A stretch of 54,359 nucleotides of DNA from Candidatus Iainarchaeum sp. (GTDB lineage: Archaea; Iainarchaeota; Iainarchaeia; Iainarchaeales; JAZDDZ01), in contig JAZDDZ010000010.1 of the NCBI GenBank assembly GCA_043809245.1, positions 1 to 54,359 of the forward strand. The letters are read 5' to 3'. A model generated the notes under the pieces. The model worked only from the letters and a program-made list of their open reading frames with translations. It made no database searches and had not been told where the DNA came from. Below are positions 52,325-54,359 of the stretch, one piece after another (positions within the stretch are counted from its first letter, which is position 1; every line of letters begins with the position of its first letter). The translations under genes and the position numbers were made by a program.

Positions 52325-52615
52325 ATGCAACCGAGAAGAATTAAAATTAGAATTCCAACATTTAAACAAAGAAAGGGCTATACAGTCGCAGGGCATATTA
52401 GTGCAATGGCTAGAAAAAAAGGCATTAGGCATGGTACCCTGGCGGAGAAAATGTTTCGCTTGGGTTTCTCGCGGAAACAAGCAGAAAAGTTTATTCGCGC
52501 CATGTATATAGAGTCAGGTGTAAAATGGCATGATGCAGATTACGCCATTAAAATGGATATTGCGGGTTACGATAAAGCTGCTGCAAAAGAAGCTGCCTCG
52601 AAAAATAAAAAATAA
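52325..52615 (+). CDS. Orphan basic protein
   Basis: GAGGT RBS; MQPRRIKIRIPTFKQRK. Confidence 0.6.
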   Translation: MQPRRIKIRIPTFKQRKGYTVAGHISAMARKKGIRHGTLAEKMFRLGFSRKQAEKFIRAMYIESGVKWHDADYAIKMDIAGYDKAAAKEAASKNKK

Positions 52616-52624
52616 TTGCTTTTT

Positions 52625-53968
52625 TCACGCAGCCAGCAAAAACAGCCAAGCCGGAATCAGAAGTATTTCTTTTCCGCTGATTTTCTTTTTTTCCAGCTGG
52701 TTTTTTGAGACAATTATTCCTTTGTGCAAATTTTGTTTTTTCATGAATTTCAACAGAGGAGATAAATCCTTTGCCTCAACTTTGTTTTTGAATTTGACTT
52801 CAATTGGAAGCAGCCCGCCTTGAGTTAAAACAAGGTCAACTTCTTCTTTTTGCGGGCTCCTCCAAAAGGAAAGCCTTTCGGATAAAAGCTTTGCGTGCTG
52901 GAAGGCAATTGTTTCAATGAATAATCCCATTACCTCCCCAACATTCAATATTTCTTGGCCATATCTCATTAGCGTGACCGTTATTGCGGGGTGCGCTATG
53001 TGCACTTTCTTGCTTTTCCTTAACTGTTTTGCCGCACTCTTGGAATAATTGAATAGAAGGTCAATCAGGAAAGATTTTTCAAGGTAAAAAAGATAAGAAC
53101 GGCAGGTTTGGTAGTTTATTGACAGGGTTTTGGCAAGATTGGATATGTCTAAAAGATTGGAGGTTTCCCTGCAGCAGTATTCAAGGATTTGCACTAAAAT
53201 GTCTTTTCTTTTAACTTCAAAAACCGCGGGAATGTCCTCAAAAATTATTTTTTCAATGACAGAGCTCTTGATATAGCTTTTGATTATTTCCGCATCCTCT
53301 TCCTTGGCGATTTCGGGAAAAGCGCCCTTCAAAACGTACTTTCGGAACAATTCCTCAAACTCTGCTTTCCTGTGAAGCCTGGATTCGTATGCCTTTTTCA
53401 TTTCAGAAAAATCCAGGCCAATTTTTTCAATTATTATGCCGTTCAATTCAAGGAATTCCCTGAATGTAAGGATGGGCATGTGAAAATCAAAAATCCTTCC
53501 CGCAAGGCTTTCCTTTGATTTTTTTATTTGAAGCGAAGCGGAGCCGGAAACAAAAAACTTCAAGTCATCCCTGGTGTCGTAAAATCTTTTCAGGACATCC
53601 TGCCAGAAAGGCACTTTCTGTATTTCGTCAAAAAAAATGAATTTCCTCCCGCTTCCGGCAATTGTTTTAAGGTAATAGTCAAGGAGGTCTGAAAGCGTTT
53701 CAGGGCTTTGCACTGAAAGCTCGTCAAACAAAAAATAAAAAAAATTCTCGCTTTCTCCGGAAAGCCCAAGCTGTTCCCTTATTATCTGCTTTAGGAGGAC
53801 AGTTTTGCCAACGCGCCTTAATCCCACGACAGCAATAATTTGCTTTGGCTTAACAAACCTGTGCATTTCGGCAAAAATATGCCTTTTATAATCAGGAACT
53901 GAAACCTCGGCGCCATCCCACCAAGGGTTAAAGTCTCTGATCATTGCAATAAGCCTTTCATTCAACAA
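52625..53968 (-). CDS. AAA+ ATPase (AAA_14 plus DUF4143 type, PD-(D/E)xK C-terminus)
   Basis: NPWW, GLRRVGKT, FDEIQ, ESLAGR, GAFPE, EVD...PIEVK. Confidence 0.9.
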   Translation of the reverse strand: MLNERLIAMIRDFNPWWDGAEVSVPDYKRHIFAEMHRFVKPKQIIAVVGLRRVGKTVLLKQIIREQLGLSGESENFFYFLFDELSVQSPETLSDLLDYYLKTIAGSGRKFIFFDEIQKVPFWQDVLKRFYDTRDDLKFFVSGSASLQIKKSKESLAGRIFDFHMPILTFREFLELNGIIIEKIGLDFSEMKKAYESRLHRKAEFEELFRKYVLKGAFPEIAKEEDAEIIKSYIKSSVIEKIIFEDIPAVFEVKRKDILVQILEYCCRETSNLLDISNLAKTLSINYQTCRSYLFYLEKSFLIDLLFNYSKSAAKQLRKSKKVHIAHPAITVTLMRYGQEILNVGEVMGLFIETIAFQHAKLLSERLSFWRSPQKEEVDLVLTQGGLLPIEVKFKNKVEAKDLSPLLKFMKKQNLHKGIIVSKNQLEKKKISGKEILLIPAWLFLLAA

Positions 53969-53983
53969 AAAAACACCTAATAA

Positions 53984-54005
53984 TACTTATATTACAGTAT
54001 AAGTA
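53984..54005. promoter_or_regulatory. Palindromic operator upstream of the AAA+ ATPase
   Basis: TACTTATA-N6-TATAAGTA. Confidence 0.5.
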
Positions 54006-54081
54006 ATATTTAAATCTATTTATAGTAGGGCAATAGTAGATTTTAAGCGGTTTTTGCGTGTTTTGAACGCACTAACCACAG

Positions 54082-54213
54082 CTATTCCCTGCTTTTCTTT
54101 GCCTTTCTTCCATCCGAGAACCTGCCGGCACGCGAACTTTTTTCGTGTAGAAAGGTTTCCCTTTCCTTTTTGGCGCGGTTTTCCTTTGAACGGTCTGCAA
54201 AGCGTTTCTTCAT
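54082..54213 (-). CDS. 43-aa basic microprotein, copy 2
   Basis: MKKRFADRSKENRAKKERETFLHEKSSRAGRFSDGRKAKKSRE; not in the ORF track. Confidence 0.7.
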   Translation of the reverse strand: MKKRFADRSKENRAKKERETFLHEKSSRAGRFSDGRKAKKSRE

Positions 54214-54221
54214 AAAAGAAT

Positions 54222-54359
54222 GGCTCTTCTGCATATTTAGGACCTCCAGCATGAGTTTATGATTTTGAGTTTGAAGTATTCCAAGTCCTTGTAACCGTAT
54301 GCTCGTCTTTTCAGTAGACCGATTTTGTTGTTGAATGCTTCGCTTGCTGCGTTGGTGAT
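54222..54359 (-). mobile_element. End of an ISL3-family element
   Basis: Terminal GGCTCTT at 54222 is typical of ISL3 IRs; the transposase stop lies just inside. Confidence 0.75.
54237..54359 (-). CDS. ISL3-family transposase, C-terminal fragment
   Basis: ITNAASEAFNNKIGLLKRRAYGYKDLEYFKLKI matches the ISL3 C-terminal motif. Confidence 0.85.
   Translation of the reverse strand: MTNAASEAFNNKIGLLKRRAYGYKDLEYFKLKIINSCWRS

Overview
This is an archaeal chromosomal segment in the standard genetic code, with GGTGA-type RBSs and TATA/BRE promoters. It most likely comes from a DPANN archaeon (Iainarchaeota/Diapherotrites-like; inferred from gene content and style). The window is bounded by a partial IS66 element (left) and a partial ISL3 element (right). 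Core genes: P-type ATPase, priL, PCNA, rpiB, rad50, rps17e, rpoK, herA (two inteins), nurA, pth2, RbgA-like GTPase, hjc, dnaG, tmk, rnp4 and a PLP decarboxylase. There are four intact tRNAs: Val-TAC with two BHB introns, Gly-GCC and Gly-TCC sharing a homologous D-loop intron, and intronless Gly-CCC. A decayed intron-bearing tRNA relic lies just upstream of a free-standing LAGLIDADG gene. Accessory content includes three TA-like modules, Fic, an AAA+ ATPase, an ISA1214-like IS, Cys-rich lipoproteins, a catalytically dead family-B polymerase-like protein, several unannotated micro-ORFs and many orphans with strongly basic termini. Features not explained by ordinary annotation: (i) a 79-bp ungapped, potentially structured element duplicated in the divergent promoters upstream of the dead PolB and the nurA-herA operon; (ii) the tRNA relic / LAGLIDADG / intron-rich tRNA unit and the shared tRNA-Gly intron; (iii) recurrent diverged duplications of gene ends, promoters or tRNA ends flanking accessory blocks, with no integrase in the window. 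All family calls come from motifs read by eye; no database search was run.
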